The notes under the pieces were generated by a model, which had not been told where the DNA came from, did no database searches, and saw nothing but the letters and a program-made list of their open reading frames with translations. 64,000 nucleotides of DNA, taken from NCBI GenBank assembly GCA_016712345.1, contig JADJRH010000002.1:136466-200465 (forward strand), given 5' to 3'. Made by a program: the position numbers and the translations under genes. Position 1 is the first letter of the stretch. Every line of letters starts with the position of its first letter. Positions 30,427 through 41,300 of this stretch are shown piece by piece. Source of the stretch: Polyangiaceae bacterium (GTDB lineage Bacteria > Myxococcota_A > Polyangia > Polyangiales > Polyangiaceae).

Positions 30427-31476
30427 GTGACTTTGGTTGAAATCGCCGCGTGCCAAGTACACGTCACCGCGGCCGACTACGTTTCGGAAGACAGTTTTGC
30501 CGCGATGCTTGAAAGGCTTGGCAAACGCCTTGTTCGAGCGCGCGCCCGCGATGAAAAAGGAAAACCGCTTCACCCGTGTTTGGTGGTTTTCCCCGAAATG
30601 ATCGGAACGTTTTTGCCAATGGCCGGGCGCTCGCGCGTGATCGGCAGCGCAAAAACCACCGATCAGGCGCTCACCCGCGTGGCGTTGCGATCGCTTCCGA
30701 GCGTCGTCGCGGCCATGCGCAAAGGGCACACGCTTTCAACAAAAGTGGGGTTTTTGTTGGCCGCGGCGCCCGAGGTTCGGCGCATTTATCGGTCGGCGTT
30801 TTCGGCATTTGCCAAAGAGCACGGCGTTTGGACGGTGGCGGGAAGTGTACTCTTACCTCGAAATGTACACGGCGAAACCGCCGATGTTTTTGAGCCTCAG
30901 GATGGGCGTGTGTACAACACGTCGTACGCGTTTGCGCCGGATGGGCGGCACATCGGGGCGACGCGCAAGGTGAACTTGGTGCCCACGCTCGAGGACACGC
31001 TTGGACTGTCGCCGGGTGAGGCTCGGGATATTGAGCCGTTTGAGACGCCGTTTGGCGGCGTGGCAACGTTGATTTGTTACGACGGCTTTTTGGTGCCGCA
31101 CACGCGCGGCGAGCCCCACTTTACGCGGCTTGTGCCCGCGTGTGATGCGCGCGGTGCGAGCGTTGTGGCGCATCCGGCGGCCAATCCGTGGGCATGGGAA
31201 GAGCGTTGGGTGTTTGCCGAAGAAGGTGAACGGCAGCTTCGAAAAGAGCAGTGGCAATGCGAGGGGATCTTTGCGTCGCTCGGCGGCGGGCGCTTTTCAA
31301 ACGTGAAATACGCAGTGACAGCGCATCTTGTGGGCGACGTTCTCGACAACCACTTTGAGGGGCGTTCGCAGATTTTGGAGCGCACAGAACACGGAGTGAA
31401 CGTGATCGCCGAAGCTGCGCGCGCGGGATCGACGCGCGCGGACGAAGAAGTGGTGCTGCGCGCGGTGGAGCTTTGA
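30427..31476 (+). CDS. Carbon-nitrogen hydrolase (nitrilase superfamily) protein
   Basis: VVFPEM (catalytic Glu) and LICYDGF (catalytic Cys), with nitrilase-like spacing. The real start may be the internal Met near 30505. Confidence 0.7.
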   Translation: MTLVEIAACQVHVTAADYVSEDSFAAMLERLGKRLVRARARDEKGKPLHPCLVVFPEMIGTFLPMAGRSRVIGSAKTTDQALTRVALRSLPSVVAAMRKGHTLSTKVGFLLAAAPEVRRIYRSAFSAFAKEHGVWTVAGSVLLPRNVHGETADVFEPQDGRVYNTSYAFAPDGRHIGATRKVNLVPTLEDTLGLSPGEARDIEPFETPFGGVATLICYDGFLVPHTRGEPHFTRLVPACDARGASVVAHPAANPWAWEERWVFAEEGERQLRKEQWQCEGIFASLGGGRFSNVKYAVTAHLVGDVLDNHFEGRSQILERTEHGVNVIAEAARAGSTRADEEVVLRAVEL

Positions 31477-31547
31477 GACAGAACGATGCTGACTGTTGGG
31501 AGCCTTGACGTGGAAGCGTACGCCTCGTGACGAAGCACCCCAAATAA

Positions 31548-31633
31548 ACGTGTACACAACAAATGTACGCAAACAAATGTGTACGCAGTTGATATGTACA
31601 CAATGGATGTGTACGCAATAGATGTGTACGCAA
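31548..31633 (+). repeat. Six tandem 14-15-bp repeats (RATGTGTACRCAAYN) between convergent gene ends
   Basis: cgtgtacacaac aaatgtacgcaaac aaatgtgtacgcagtt gatatgtacacaat ggatgtgtacgcaat agatgtgtacgcaatt, read directly. Each unit contains the TGTACRC core of the genome-wide enriched octamer. Confidence 0.75.
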
Positions 31634-33370
31634 TTATTTTCGAAGCGCGTCGCGCCCGAGATGAATCACAAGCACGAGCGCGCCGAGCACAAATAGAACC
31701 ACCGCAAGCGTGTGGTTTGTTGTGTACACAATTGCGCCCGACGGGACGGTTGCAAGCACGAGCAGGCCGGCGAACACGCGCGCGCTCGCTTTGTCGGCGG
31801 CGGGTTTTACCTGCGGATCGTTCACCACAAGCGAGAGGCGTCCGAGCCTTAAATCGTCGAGGATTTCACGCGTGAGGGGCGGCAACTCGTACGCGGCGCC
31901 GCTGAGCCTTTCAACCCCGCGGTAGAGGTCCATTGTGAGGCGTTCGGGCGAATAACGCTTTTTGAGGAGATCCAAAAAGTAGGGGCGGGCTTCACCGTAC
32001 ACATCGAGATCGGGGTCGATCTCTTTGCCCACACCTTCAACGGTCATGAGCGCTTTGCCAACGAGCAAAAAGTCGGGCGGAATTTCTAAGCCGTATTTGG
32101 TGGCGCCGTACACAAGGTCGCCGATCATCGCGGAGAGGTTGATCTCTTTGAGCGGCTTTCCAAGGTACTTTTCGCTGAGCATGGCGACTTCGGCTCGGTA
32201 GGCCCGCATGTCGACTTTTTTGGTGGGTGTGGCGATCGCGTAGAGCGCGTCGGCAATGCCCACGTAATCTTGGCGAACCGCTGCAACCATGAGATCCACC
32301 GTTTTTTCGCGCATCTCAGGCGAAAGGCGGCCAACCATTCCGAGGTCGATAAACCCGATGTTCGGCTCTTCGGGTGTACCCATGATGAAAAGGTTGCCGG
32401 GGTGGGGATCGGCGTGAAAAAAGCCGTCTTCGAAGATCATCTTGATGATGATCCCCACGGAGATTTTGGCGATTTTGGGGCCTTCAAATCCGCGGGTTTT
32501 GACGGCGTCGTAGATCTTGTAGCCGTCAAAAAATTCGAGCGTCAAAACGCGGTTGGTGGTGGCTTGTTTGTACACCGTGGGAAAGCGCGCCACGCTTTTG
32601 CCGCTGAAGTTTTTGCTGAAGCGCTCGGAGTGTTCGGCTTCAAGCTTGAAGTCGAGTTCGCTCGTGATCGCTCGGTCAAACTGATCAACGAGCGCAACGG
32701 GGGAGTAAATTTTCGACTCGAGGATCGTGCGCTCGATGAGCCCGGCGAGCATGTGCAAAAGCTCCAGATCGCGAACGACGGTTTCTCGCACGCTCGGGCG
32801 TTGCACTTTGACGACCACTTGTTTGGGGCCGCTTTCGTGTTTGAGAACCGCGCGGTGTACCTGGCCGATGGATGCGGCGGCGAGCGGCTTCTCATCAAAG
32901 CGATCAAAAATGTCGGCGATGGGCGCGCCGAGCGATGACTCAACGGCGCTTTTGATCTCGTCGAATGGGAGCGGCGTGACTTCGTCCTGAAGTTTTTTAA
33001 GTTCACGAATCCAGTCGGCGGGGAGAATGTCGGGGCGCGTGGATGCGATTTGGCCGAGCTTCACGAACGACGGGCCGAGATCCATGAGCACGAGGCGGCC
33101 GCGTGCGGGCAGCGAGATCGTGCGCGCTTCTTTTTCACCGCGTTCGGCTTCGGACTCGGGAACGGTGAGCGCGGCGGCTTCTTCACCGAGCAGTTCTGCG
33201 CCCGACGTTTTTGAGGGCAACGCGGCGGGCCCCTCGACGTGTGTACCTTTCTTCTTGGCGCCGCCGAAACCGAGGCGCTGCGCGATCTCGCCGAAACCGT
33301 GCCGCACGAGCACGAGGTAGATTTGGCGCAGTCGATTGAGGTCGCGAACGGCTCCGAGGATCGACGGCAT
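31634..33370 (-). CDS. ubiB: UbiB/ABC1 family atypical protein kinase (ubiquinone biosynthesis regulator) with a C-terminal TM segment
   Basis: ASIGQVHRAVL...VVVKVQRP and ADPHPGNLFI motifs. The start is set at MPSILGAV, because the ORF-track N-terminal extension is arginine-rich reading of the opposite-strand GC-rich frame and overlaps the upstream gene. Confidence 0.85.
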   Translation of the reverse strand: MPSILGAVRDLNRLRQIYLVLVRHGFGEIAQRLGFGGAKKKGTHVEGPAALPSKTSGAELLGEEAAALTVPESEAERGEKEARTISLPARGRLVLMDLGPSFVKLGQIASTRPDILPADWIRELKKLQDEVTPLPFDEIKSAVESSLGAPIADIFDRFDEKPLAAASIGQVHRAVLKHESGPKQVVVKVQRPSVRETVVRDLELLHMLAGLIERTILESKIYSPVALVDQFDRAITSELDFKLEAEHSERFSKNFSGKSVARFPTVYKQATTNRVLTLEFFDGYKIYDAVKTRGFEGPKIAKISVGIIIKMIFEDGFFHADPHPGNLFIMGTPEEPNIGFIDLGMVGRLSPEMREKTVDLMVAAVRQDYVGIADALYAIATPTKKVDMRAYRAEVAMLSEKYLGKPLKEINLSAMIGDLVYGATKYGLEIPPDFLLVGKALMTVEGVGKEIDPDLDVYGEARPYFLDLLKKRYSPERLTMDLYRGVERLSGAAYELPPLTREILDDLRLGRLSLVVNDPQVKPAADKASARVFAGLLVLATVPSGAIVYTTNHTLAVVLFVLGALVLVIHLGRDALRK

Positions 33371-33381
33371 GGCGGGCCAAT

Positions 33382-34931
33382 CTAGCGCACGCGGATGACG
33401 GTGCCGAGTTCTGTGGGCGTGGGCATCACCGCGGTCCATCCGGCGGGCAATCGAGGCCCGGTCCACCAAAAGAGGCGCTGCGCGTCGAGCGGGGCGAGGT
33501 TGACGCACCCGTGGCTGCGAACGTTGCCGAACGAGCGGTGCCAATACGCCGCGTGAAGGCCGACTCCTTTGGAGAAAAACTGCGGATACGGAACGCTCTC
33601 CATGCGGTAGTAGCGCGACGCGTTTTCGTCTTCGAGGTTGTCCATGTCGGTGGCAAGCAGCTTGATCCAAATGCGATGTGTACCCACAGGCGTGGCGTTG
33701 GCGGTTTTTTGTTTGCCTTTGCCGGTGGACACGAGCGTTGCAAAAATGGGCTTTTTGCCTTCGTAAGCGACGAGCGTTTGGCTGGGGAGATCGATGTCGA
33801 TCCACTTTTCGCCGATGTCGGCTTTCACCTCGGGAGGAGGATCGACGACGGAAGGGCGGCGCACATCTTTGGCCGCGATCCACTGTGAATCGCCGATGCG
33901 CAAAAAGCGTTTGTCGGGCGACTCGGCAAGCACGCGCACGAGATCGAAACGCGACTTGGATTGGCCTGTGTACACACCACCGGGCGATTTGAAAGTGCGC
34001 GCGTGTTCGGGCAAGACCCACGCAAACGGCAGCGCGCCCGATGTTGGAAGCGTGTGTACACCTGGTAATGTCTCGCCGGTGAAGAGCGATGGGCGCGACG
34101 GGCCGAGGTCGCGCATGGGTACCCAGAGGTTGTGGGAGGTGCGACCGTAAAGCCCGCCGTCGAAGTTTTTTTCTTCAATGATGGCCACGGCAAAGCCCGG
34201 ATCGAGCTGCATTGCCGGCTCGCCGATGTCGACCGATTCAAGCTTTTTGTAAGCCTGCGAGCCGTCGGGCCCAACGAAGTAGTAGCGGTAGGGCAAACCG
34301 TTTTTGGGATCACCGAGGGTGTGGAGGCCCGCTGCGATGGGGTCGTTGCCCGACAATTCAAGCGCGCCGTCGCAGATCCACGCGAACGGGCCCACGTTGA
34401 TGTAGCGGCCGTCACACCCGGGGCCCTGGCGCGCTGCGTACACAGGAAGGCGTGCCTCGCGGCCGGCGGATCCGCGCTTTTTGGCGTTTTTTGAAGGGCC
34501 GGCGAACACCGGCTCGTCGGCGCGGAGAACGCGTACACTTTTGGCCCACGAGGGAAGCGGCACGTCGCCGGAAACCACCCACGGACCGAGCGCGTTGAAT
34601 GGCGTGGCGGCCGATGCGCTCGGTGCGGACGACGACGCCGACGATGCGCTGGATGCGCTCGCAACGGCGGGGGATTGAGTGAGCGGCGAAGGTGTGACGG
34701 AGCCTTCGGCGTGCGCGTGAGCGGTGATGCTCAGCGCTGCGAGGGCCGCGAGGACAACGCTCGGTGGCTGGTGTTTTTCTACTGCGCGCCCCGCTGACGC
34801 GTCATTGCGTAGCTTCCGGTGCTCAAATACACAGAGTATGTTCCGCTCCGGGTCTCGCTCGGACGCGTGATCGGGGCTGCTCGTTAGGAAAAACAGCAGC
34901 CACCTACGGGCGGTAGGAGAAGCGGACTTCA
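33382..34931 (-). CDS. L,D-transpeptidase (YkuD/ErfK family) with an N-terminal signal anchor
   Basis: C-terminal SHGCVNLAPLDAQRLF catalytic motif and an N-terminal hydrophobic segment SVVLAALAALSITAHAHA. The only in-frame start is the ATG at 34931. The long ORF-track extension to 35940 is an artefact. Confidence 0.75.
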
Positions 34932-36367
34932 TGATCGCAGATGCGGAACATGTCGCCCTCGGCAATGGCTTTTCGAGCGATGCGCTGGCCGTTGTACTCG
35001 ACGCCGTTCGTTGAGCCCATGTCGACCATGTAGAACTGGCCGTTGAGGAACTCGACCATCGCGTGTTGGCGCGACACGTTGGGGTCTTTGATGGTGAGGT
35101 CGCTCGACTGTTTGCCACGGCCGATGATGAAACGGTCTTTGTTGACCGGGAATTTCTGACCGCCGTAAAAAGCGTGCAGCGACGGCATTCCGCCGGCCAT
35201 GGATTGGGGCGGGGGCGGTTGCTGCGCGCCGAAAGGCGGCGGCGTTTGCATGTTCGGCGGTTGAAGCGGAGGCGGCTGCATGGGCGGCGGCCCGGCCTGC
35301 ATAGGCGGCGGTGCCGGGGGCATGGGCGGCGCCGGAGGCATGGGCGGACCTTGGCTCGGCATACCGGGTGGAGGCGGCACCATCGGCGGCCCTCCCATAC
35401 CCATAGGAGGCGGCCCACCCATAGGAGGCGGCCCGCCCATTGGCGGATGTCCGCCCATCGGCGGGGGACCACCCATCGGCGGGGGACCACCCATCGGCGG
35501 AGGTTGCATTGGCGGAGGGCCACCCATAGGCGGCGGCGTGGGCATGCCGACGCCGCCGATTGGCGGCGGGGGGGCCGGAGCGTACGCACCGGTGGGTGCC
35601 CCGGGCGGAGGAGGAGGTGGCGCGGAGCCGGGACCGCGACCCGGTGCGCCCACGGGCGGACGCATGGTTCCACCGGGAGGCGGCGGCGGGGGCGGGGCCA
35701 TTCGGCCGCTCGGCGGCGGGGGCGGCGGACGAACACCCATGCCGGGGCCCGGTCCGGGGCCGGGAGCGGGAGGCGGCGCAGGCACGCTCGGGCGTTTGGC
35801 GCCCATTGGTGGAGGCGGCGGAGGCGGCGGAGCACCACCCGGCCGCGGGCCGGGAAGGGGAGCCATGCCCGGAATCGGCGGCGGTGGTGTGTACGCACCG
35901 GGCACACCGGGAGGCGGCGGGGGCGGCGGCACAGCTCCAAAGCCCTGCGGCGCGGGAGGCGGCGGCGGCACCGGCGGCTGACCGGTGGGAATCATCGGCG
36001 GGGGCGGCGGTGCGCCTGGATAAGCGCCCGACATTCCACCCGGGGGAGGCGGGGGTGGCGGCACCGCTGCGTTTGGCGGCGGCGGTTGTTGAAATCCGTG
36101 CGGCGACGGCGGCGGGGGCGGCATTCCACCGCCGGGCGGCTGCGGAATGGCGTGCGGTCCAGATCCGGGCGCCTGTCCGTCGCGCGTATTTCCGGGGAAC
36201 GGCGTTCGCGGGCTGTAACTCCGCTGACGCGCGTATTGCTTCATCGACTCGTTGATCAAGTAGTCGATCGAGCATTCAAGCTCACGCGCCATCTGCTCGA
36301 ACGTCTCCCACAGGACGTCCCGGCACTGAAAAGTCCGTGCGCTCTTCTTGTTGGGATCCGCACTCAT
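34904..36367 (-). CDS. Three-part protein: N-terminal ribbon-helix-helix-like domain, about 300 aa of poly-Pro low complexity, C-terminal FHA domain
   Basis: N-terminal RTFQCRDVLWETFEQMARELECSIDYLINESMKQYA fits the RHH beta-alpha-alpha pattern. C-terminal FIIGRGKQSSDLTIKDPNVSRQHAMVEF...GSTNGVEYNG is an FHA core. Confidence 0.7.
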   Translation of the reverse strand: MSADPNKKSARTFQCRDVLWETFEQMARELECSIDYLINESMKQYARQRSYSPRTPFPGNTRDGQAPGSGPHAIPQPPGGGMPPPPPSPHGFQQPPPPNAAVPPPPPPPGGMSGAYPGAPPPPPMIPTGQPPVPPPPPAPQGFGAVPPPPPPPGVPGAYTPPPPIPGMAPLPGPRPGGAPPPPPPPPMGAKRPSVPAPPPAPGPGPGPGMGVRPPPPPPSGRMAPPPPPPPGGTMRPPVGAPGRGPGSAPPPPPPGAPTGAYAPAPPPPIGGVGMPTPPPMGGPPPMQPPPMGGPPPMGGPPPMGGHPPMGGPPPMGGPPPMGMGGPPMVPPPPGMPSQGPPMPPAPPMPPAPPPMQAGPPPMQPPPLQPPNMQTPPPFGAQQPPPPQSMAGGMPSLHAFYGGQKFPVNKDRFIIGRGKQSSDLTIKDPNVSRQHAMVEFLNGQFYMVDMGSTNGVEYNGQRIARKAIAEGDMFRICDHEVRFSYRP

Positions 36368-38226
36368 TTCTTCTCGTCCTTTTTCGGCTCGTCCTTTTTC
36401 GGCTCGTCGGGCTTGGGCGCGTCTTTCTTAGGCTCGTCTTTTTTCGCCTCCGGCGCCCGGTCAAGCATCGCCGGCTCAACGCAGTACTTCACAAAGTCAC
36501 CAACCGTTTTGATGTCTTTTTGCTCGCGCTCTTTCGGATCTTTGGCGCCCTCTTTTGCCACTTCACACACCCACTTGCAGTCGGGATCGGCGTCACATGA
36601 GGGCGCCTGCGTGGAGTCGGATTCGAGGCCTTTTACCTGGTCGATCTGCGTTTTGTTGCCAAGCGTCAGATAATAAGAAAGTGCGGTTGTTCGAACGACA
36701 CCCGGCCCCGACGTGAGGTGCTTCTTGAGCGCCTCGACAACGTTGCCCTCTTTCAGTTCGCCGATGAGCGCACCGTACGTGATCGCTTCAGCCATGGCGA
36801 AGTTCTTGCCGTCGGGAGGCAGTTTCCCCATGAACTCGTCGATGTGTTTCACCGTGCTCATCTTCAGCACGGTGCCGGCGGCCACGCGCCGCACCTTCCA
36901 TTTGTCCTGCTTGAAGATCTCGTAGAGCTTGTCGACAACTTGGTCGCGCGGCATTTCGCTCGCGCGCCTGAACGCGAGATCGAGCACGTTGTCGGGCGCA
37001 TCCGATTTGGCGATGTCGAGCACGCGCTTGATGTCTTCGGGATTGCCGCGTTCCAACCGGCCTTCGAGCGCCGCCAGAGCCGCCGTGCGCCGCTTTTCAA
37101 CCTGCTCTTTTCGCAGATCCCAAAGAGCCTGCGCCGTTGCAGCCTTTTCTTTGGTTTCTTTGTCTGCCTTTGCATCGGCGTTGTCGGGACGTTTGCCCAA
37201 ATCAGGCCCCTTGTTTCCCGCGAAATCGAGGCAGAAATCGATTGCCGGCCGCCCGCCCACTTTTTTGAGCGAACCGAACGCACGCATCAACTCTTCACCT
37301 TGGTAGGTGAGAAGCTGCATTTGAAATTGGTCCGGCGTGGGCTGCAACTTGGAGGCCGCGTTTGCCGCTTCAAGCTCCGGCTTTTTCACCTTCGTCCACT
37401 CGTCGGACGACACATATTTTGCAATCCCCACGAGCGCTGCCGACGCCGCGTCTTTGGTTTTTGCGTCGCCGAGTTCAGCCACCAACGTGGCCATTTGATC
37501 AAGCCTTCGCGTTTCACGCGTCATCAACTTGGGCAGGCCCGCCACCGCCGACGGACCGATAAAACGGAGCAGCTGCTCCATGCCGTAAAGCTGCGAGCGG
37601 TTGTCGAGCCGATGCTCAAAATCGGCCATTGCCCAATCCACAAGCGCGGTCTTCAAATTCTGCTTCAGCGCTTCATCGGTGATGATGTTTCGCTCTGAAA
37701 TCAGCATCGCATGCGCCGCGTCTTTGTACGGAAACGACGGGTCGGGCGGCGATGGCTGACCGGCCTGCGCAACCGGCGGCGCTTTCTTCAGCTCGTCGAT
37801 GATCAGCGGCACGAGCGACGCCACCACTTGCTGGCGAGTGTCGGTGCTCACCGCGCCCAGCGCTTCGACGAATGTGCGCTTGCACGCTTCGAGATCACCG
37901 TCTTGGTCGATCTGCGAAAACGCGGGCCGCCGGCCCGATCGCGGCTTCATTCGAATCAACGCCAGTGTGGCCTCGACGCGCAGCGCCACATCGTATTTGT
38001 CGTGCACCAAAACAGCGCACAACTTCCGCGGGCCTTGGCTTGTGGTCTCCCAACGATGAAGGTCATTTTGGTCAACACGGCACCCCGCCAAAAGCGGGGC
38101 GGCGCTAACCGCAAGCACCGTTAAGAGCCGCGGTGCGAAGCGAGATCGCGGTCGTGAAGTGTTCGGCGTGCGAGCCGCCGCTTCCTCGGATGCGCGACCT
38201 CCCCTGATTCGTTCGACAGTTGCCAT
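36364..38226 (-). CDS. Hypothetical alpha-helical lipoprotein (620 aa) with a Lys-rich KKDEPKK C-terminal tail
   Basis: Start at MATVE. Lipobox LLAGC. The ORF-track extension to 40305 is GC-rich antisense reading of ftsK. The stop overlaps the FHA gene by 4 nt. Confidence 0.65.
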   Translation of the reverse strand: MATVERIRGGRASEEAAARTPNTSRPRSRFAPRLLTVLAVSAAPLLAGCRVDQNDLHRWETTSQGPRKLCAVLVHDKYDVALRVEATLALIRMKPRSGRRPAFSQIDQDGDLEACKRTFVEALGAVSTDTRQQVVASLVPLIIDELKKAPPVAQAGQPSPPDPSFPYKDAAHAMLISERNIITDEALKQNLKTALVDWAMADFEHRLDNRSQLYGMEQLLRFIGPSAVAGLPKLMTRETRRLDQMATLVAELGDAKTKDAASAALVGIAKYVSSDEWTKVKKPELEAANAASKLQPTPDQFQMQLLTYQGEELMRAFGSLKKVGGRPAIDFCLDFAGNKGPDLGKRPDNADAKADKETKEKAATAQALWDLRKEQVEKRRTAALAALEGRLERGNPEDIKRVLDIAKSDAPDNVLDLAFRRASEMPRDQVVDKLYEIFKQDKWKVRRVAAGTVLKMSTVKHIDEFMGKLPPDGKNFAMAEAITYGALIGELKEGNVVEALKKHLTSGPGVVRTTALSYYLTLGNKTQIDQVKGLESDSTQAPSCDADPDCKWVCEVAKEGAKDPKEREQKDIKTVGDFVKYCVEPAMLDRAPEAKKDEPKKDAPKPDEPKKDEPKKDEKK

Positions 38227-38379
38227 TCGAGTCCTGGACCTGGGCGGCGATGGTACCTTCTGTGCATGGACCATCCAAGAAGTTTCCCTTTGCGATCGGA
38301 GCGATCGCGAAATCTCAGGGAGCTTTGAGCCCACCGGCTGTGCTCCACAAAACACCCGGCCCGCTAATTTGGCCCTGCA

Positions 38380-41300
38380 ATGGACGAGGACGTATCTACC
38401 GGCCTCCCACTCGAAATGGCCGTTTCGCTCCTTGCCCCTCGAACCCCGATCGCCCCCGAAAGTGACGGCGAAGCCGCGCCTTTGGCCGAGCCGGAACCCA
38501 AGCCCACGCGAAAAAGGCCTTCCCCCAAACCTAAAAGTACGGCGAACGACCTTCCACAGGGCAAACGCACGGGCGCAAAGTCTCCCCGCTCCACCAAGAG
38601 CGCTGCCGACGAAACCGCGGCAAAGTCGGTCGGCGATTCTGCCGCCGACAAGCCCGCCCCGACGCCCGCTCCCAAAGGTGTACACGCGTACGCCCGCGAA
38701 GCCGCCGCGCTCCTTCTCATCGCGTCGGCGCTCTACATCAGCCTCGCGCTTGCATCGTTTAAAGCCGATCCGCTGCGGATCGAGGTGACCGGCGCCGATT
38801 GGGTCGGCCCCGTCGGTGCCGCATTCGCCGGCCTTCTTGTTGAAACCGTCGGCGCGTGCGCGTGGCTCGTGCCCTTGGATCTCGCTCTTTTTGCAACGCC
38901 GCTTCTCCAAGGCCGCCCTGCCAAAGTGACGTTTCCGCGCATCGCGGGCGATCTCGTTGTGCTCGTTGTTGTCTCCGCGCTCCTTCACGTGGCGTTTCCA
39001 AAAACAACCGCGTTCGGTGCCATGCCGCTCGGCGGTACCTCGGGCGAACTCTTCGGCGAAGTGATGCGCGCGCTCTTTTCGACGCTCGGCTCGTACATCG
39101 TCGGCCTCACCGTTGTGTCGCTCATTCTCATCGGCCGCGCGGCGTTTTCGATCATCGACTGGGCGCAGCGCGCCGAACGCCGCGCGCGCGCGCTCGGCGA
39201 AAAAGGTCACGGTGGTTTGCGAGCGCTTGTCGGCGCGTGGGATCAAGCGCGCGCGCTCGATGAACAACGCCGCGAAGAAGAGCGCAAAGCCTCGGAGCCG
39301 GTGATCACCGAAGCGTGCGACGAAGCGATCTTCGCCGCGCTCGGCGATGAATCGCCGATGCCATTTCCGCGCGTCAAACCGGTGTTGCCGGCGAAGGCGA
39401 AAGCCGCGCCGCTCGTTGTGAACAACGAGCGCGCGGCGTTCGCCGCGCCCGCCGCGATCGCTCCAACCATCGCGATCGCATCGCCGTCGCTCGCATCGCC
39501 GTCGCTCGTCGCCGCGCCGAAAGTCGCCGCGCCGATCGCGATCGCAACGCCGCCGGTGAACGTACCGTCGATTGCCGCCGCGTTTCCGGAACCGCCGCTT
39601 GCCGACGCCGATGCCGAGCGGCGCGCGCGCGCCGAAGCGCCCACACCTTCGCCGGTGGTTGCGGCGGCGGCCCCTGAAAAGAAGCGCGGCCGCAAAAAGA
39701 ACGATGCTGCAAACAACGCCGCCGCACCGATCGTCGAAGCCGCCGCCGCGCCGATCATCAACGCGATGGTGGATCTCGCTGCTCCGGCGGTCGGCGCGCG
39801 CGCGCCCGACCTCGATCTCAAGAGCGACGAAGCGATCGCCTTCGCCGCCGATTCGGGCGACGCCGCCGATTTGGACGATGCAAACGCCGAAGCGTCGTTT
39901 GTCGACGAAGCGGCGGCCGGCGCTTTCGAATTGGATCTGACGGGTGATCGCAACAACGTTTCGCGGAGCGGCGAGGCGGCGCCGAAAGCGGCTCCGCCGC
40001 TTTCGGCGCCGCCCGCCGCGGTTCGCGCGCCAATTGCCGCAGCGCCGGCCGCCCCCGTTGCGCCCGCCGAGGCCGAAGTGAAAATTGTGGACACTTCCGC
40101 CGCGCTCGAAGCCCAAAAGCCTTCGATCTTGGTGAAAATTGTTCCAGCGATCGGCGAAGGCTTCCGCCTGCCGTCGCCCAGCCTCCTCGATGAAGCTCCC
40201 GGTGGACGTGTACACATCGACGAAGACCAACTCAAACAGACAGCCGTTCAGCTCGAAAAGGTGCTCGCCGACTACGGTGTGAACGGCAAGGTTGAAGAGA
40301 TTCACCCCGGGCCCACCGTCACAACGTTTGAAGTGTCGCCCGCCGCCGGCACCAAAGTTTCAAAAGTGGCCAGCCTTGCCGACGATCTCGCGCTCGGCCT
40401 TTCACGCAAAGTGCGCATTGTGGCGCCGATTCCAGGCAAAAACCGCATCGGCTTTGAGATCCCCAACGAGCGCCGCATGCCGGTTGTCATGCGCGAACTC
40501 GTTGAAGACAAACGCTTCTTGGACATGAAAGCGCCGCTGCCGTGTGTACTCGGCCGCGACATCATCGGCGCGCCCTATTTTGCCGACCTCGCGAGCATGC
40601 CCCACGTGATCGTTGCGGGCGCCACCGGCGCGGGCAAAAGCGTCGGCCTCAACGTCATGCTGGTGAGCCTTCTTTATCGGCGCACGCCCGCCGAACTCAG
40701 GCTCCTCATGATCGACCCCAAGGTTGTTGAGCTTGCTCCTTTCGACGGCATTCCGCACATGCTTTTGCCTGTTGTCACCGACATGAAACAGGCATCCAAC
40801 GCGCTCAAATGGGCCGTTGATGAAATGGAGCGCCGCTATCAACTCTTCGCCAACGCGGGCACGCGCAACATCACCACGTACAACGGCTGGGCCGAGCGTG
40901 TACGCAAAGGCGAAATCAAAGCACCCAAAAAAGCGCTGCCGAAAACGGTTACGGCAGTGGCTCCCGATGGCACCGACGTGGACATTCCCGCCTCGGCCGA
41001 CGACCCCGAGTTGCCCGAAACGCTTCCGTGGATCTTGATCGTTGTCGACGAATTCGCCGACTTGATGATGCAGCAGGGCAAAGACGTTGAAGCGAGTGTT
41101 GCGCGCCTCGCCCAGAAAGCGCGTGCCGCCGGCATGCACGTGATCTTGGCCACGCAGCGGCCGAGCGTCGACGTGATCACCGGCATGATCAAAGCCAACT
41201 TCCCCACGCGCATCGCGTTCCGTGTCGCTCAAAAAGTCGACAGTCGCACCATCCTCGACGAGCAGGGCGCCGAACACCTCCTCGGTCGAGGCGACATGCT

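Noticed and set aside
33382-35940. 852-aa ORF, and the 795-aa ORF 31634-34021
   Set aside because: The N-terminal extensions are arginine-rich readings of the opposite-strand GC-rich frame and overlap neighbouring genes. The real genes start at 34931 (L,D-transpeptidase) and 33370 (UbiB).
34929-36673. Multiple long + strand ORFs (35063-36673, 35280-35981, 35560-36255) and the minus ORF 34929-36275
   Set aside because: These are alternative-frame and antisense readings of the poly-proline (CCG/GGC-rich) region of the RHH-FHA gene, giving Gly-, Arg- or Ala-homopolymer-like translations with no motifs.
36364-40305. 1313-aa minus-strand ORF in the six-frame track
   Set aside because: Only the C-terminal 620 aa, from MATVE and the LLAGC lipobox at 38226, look like protein. 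The remainder is an Arg/Gly-rich antisense reading of the GC-rich ftsK gene and overlaps it.
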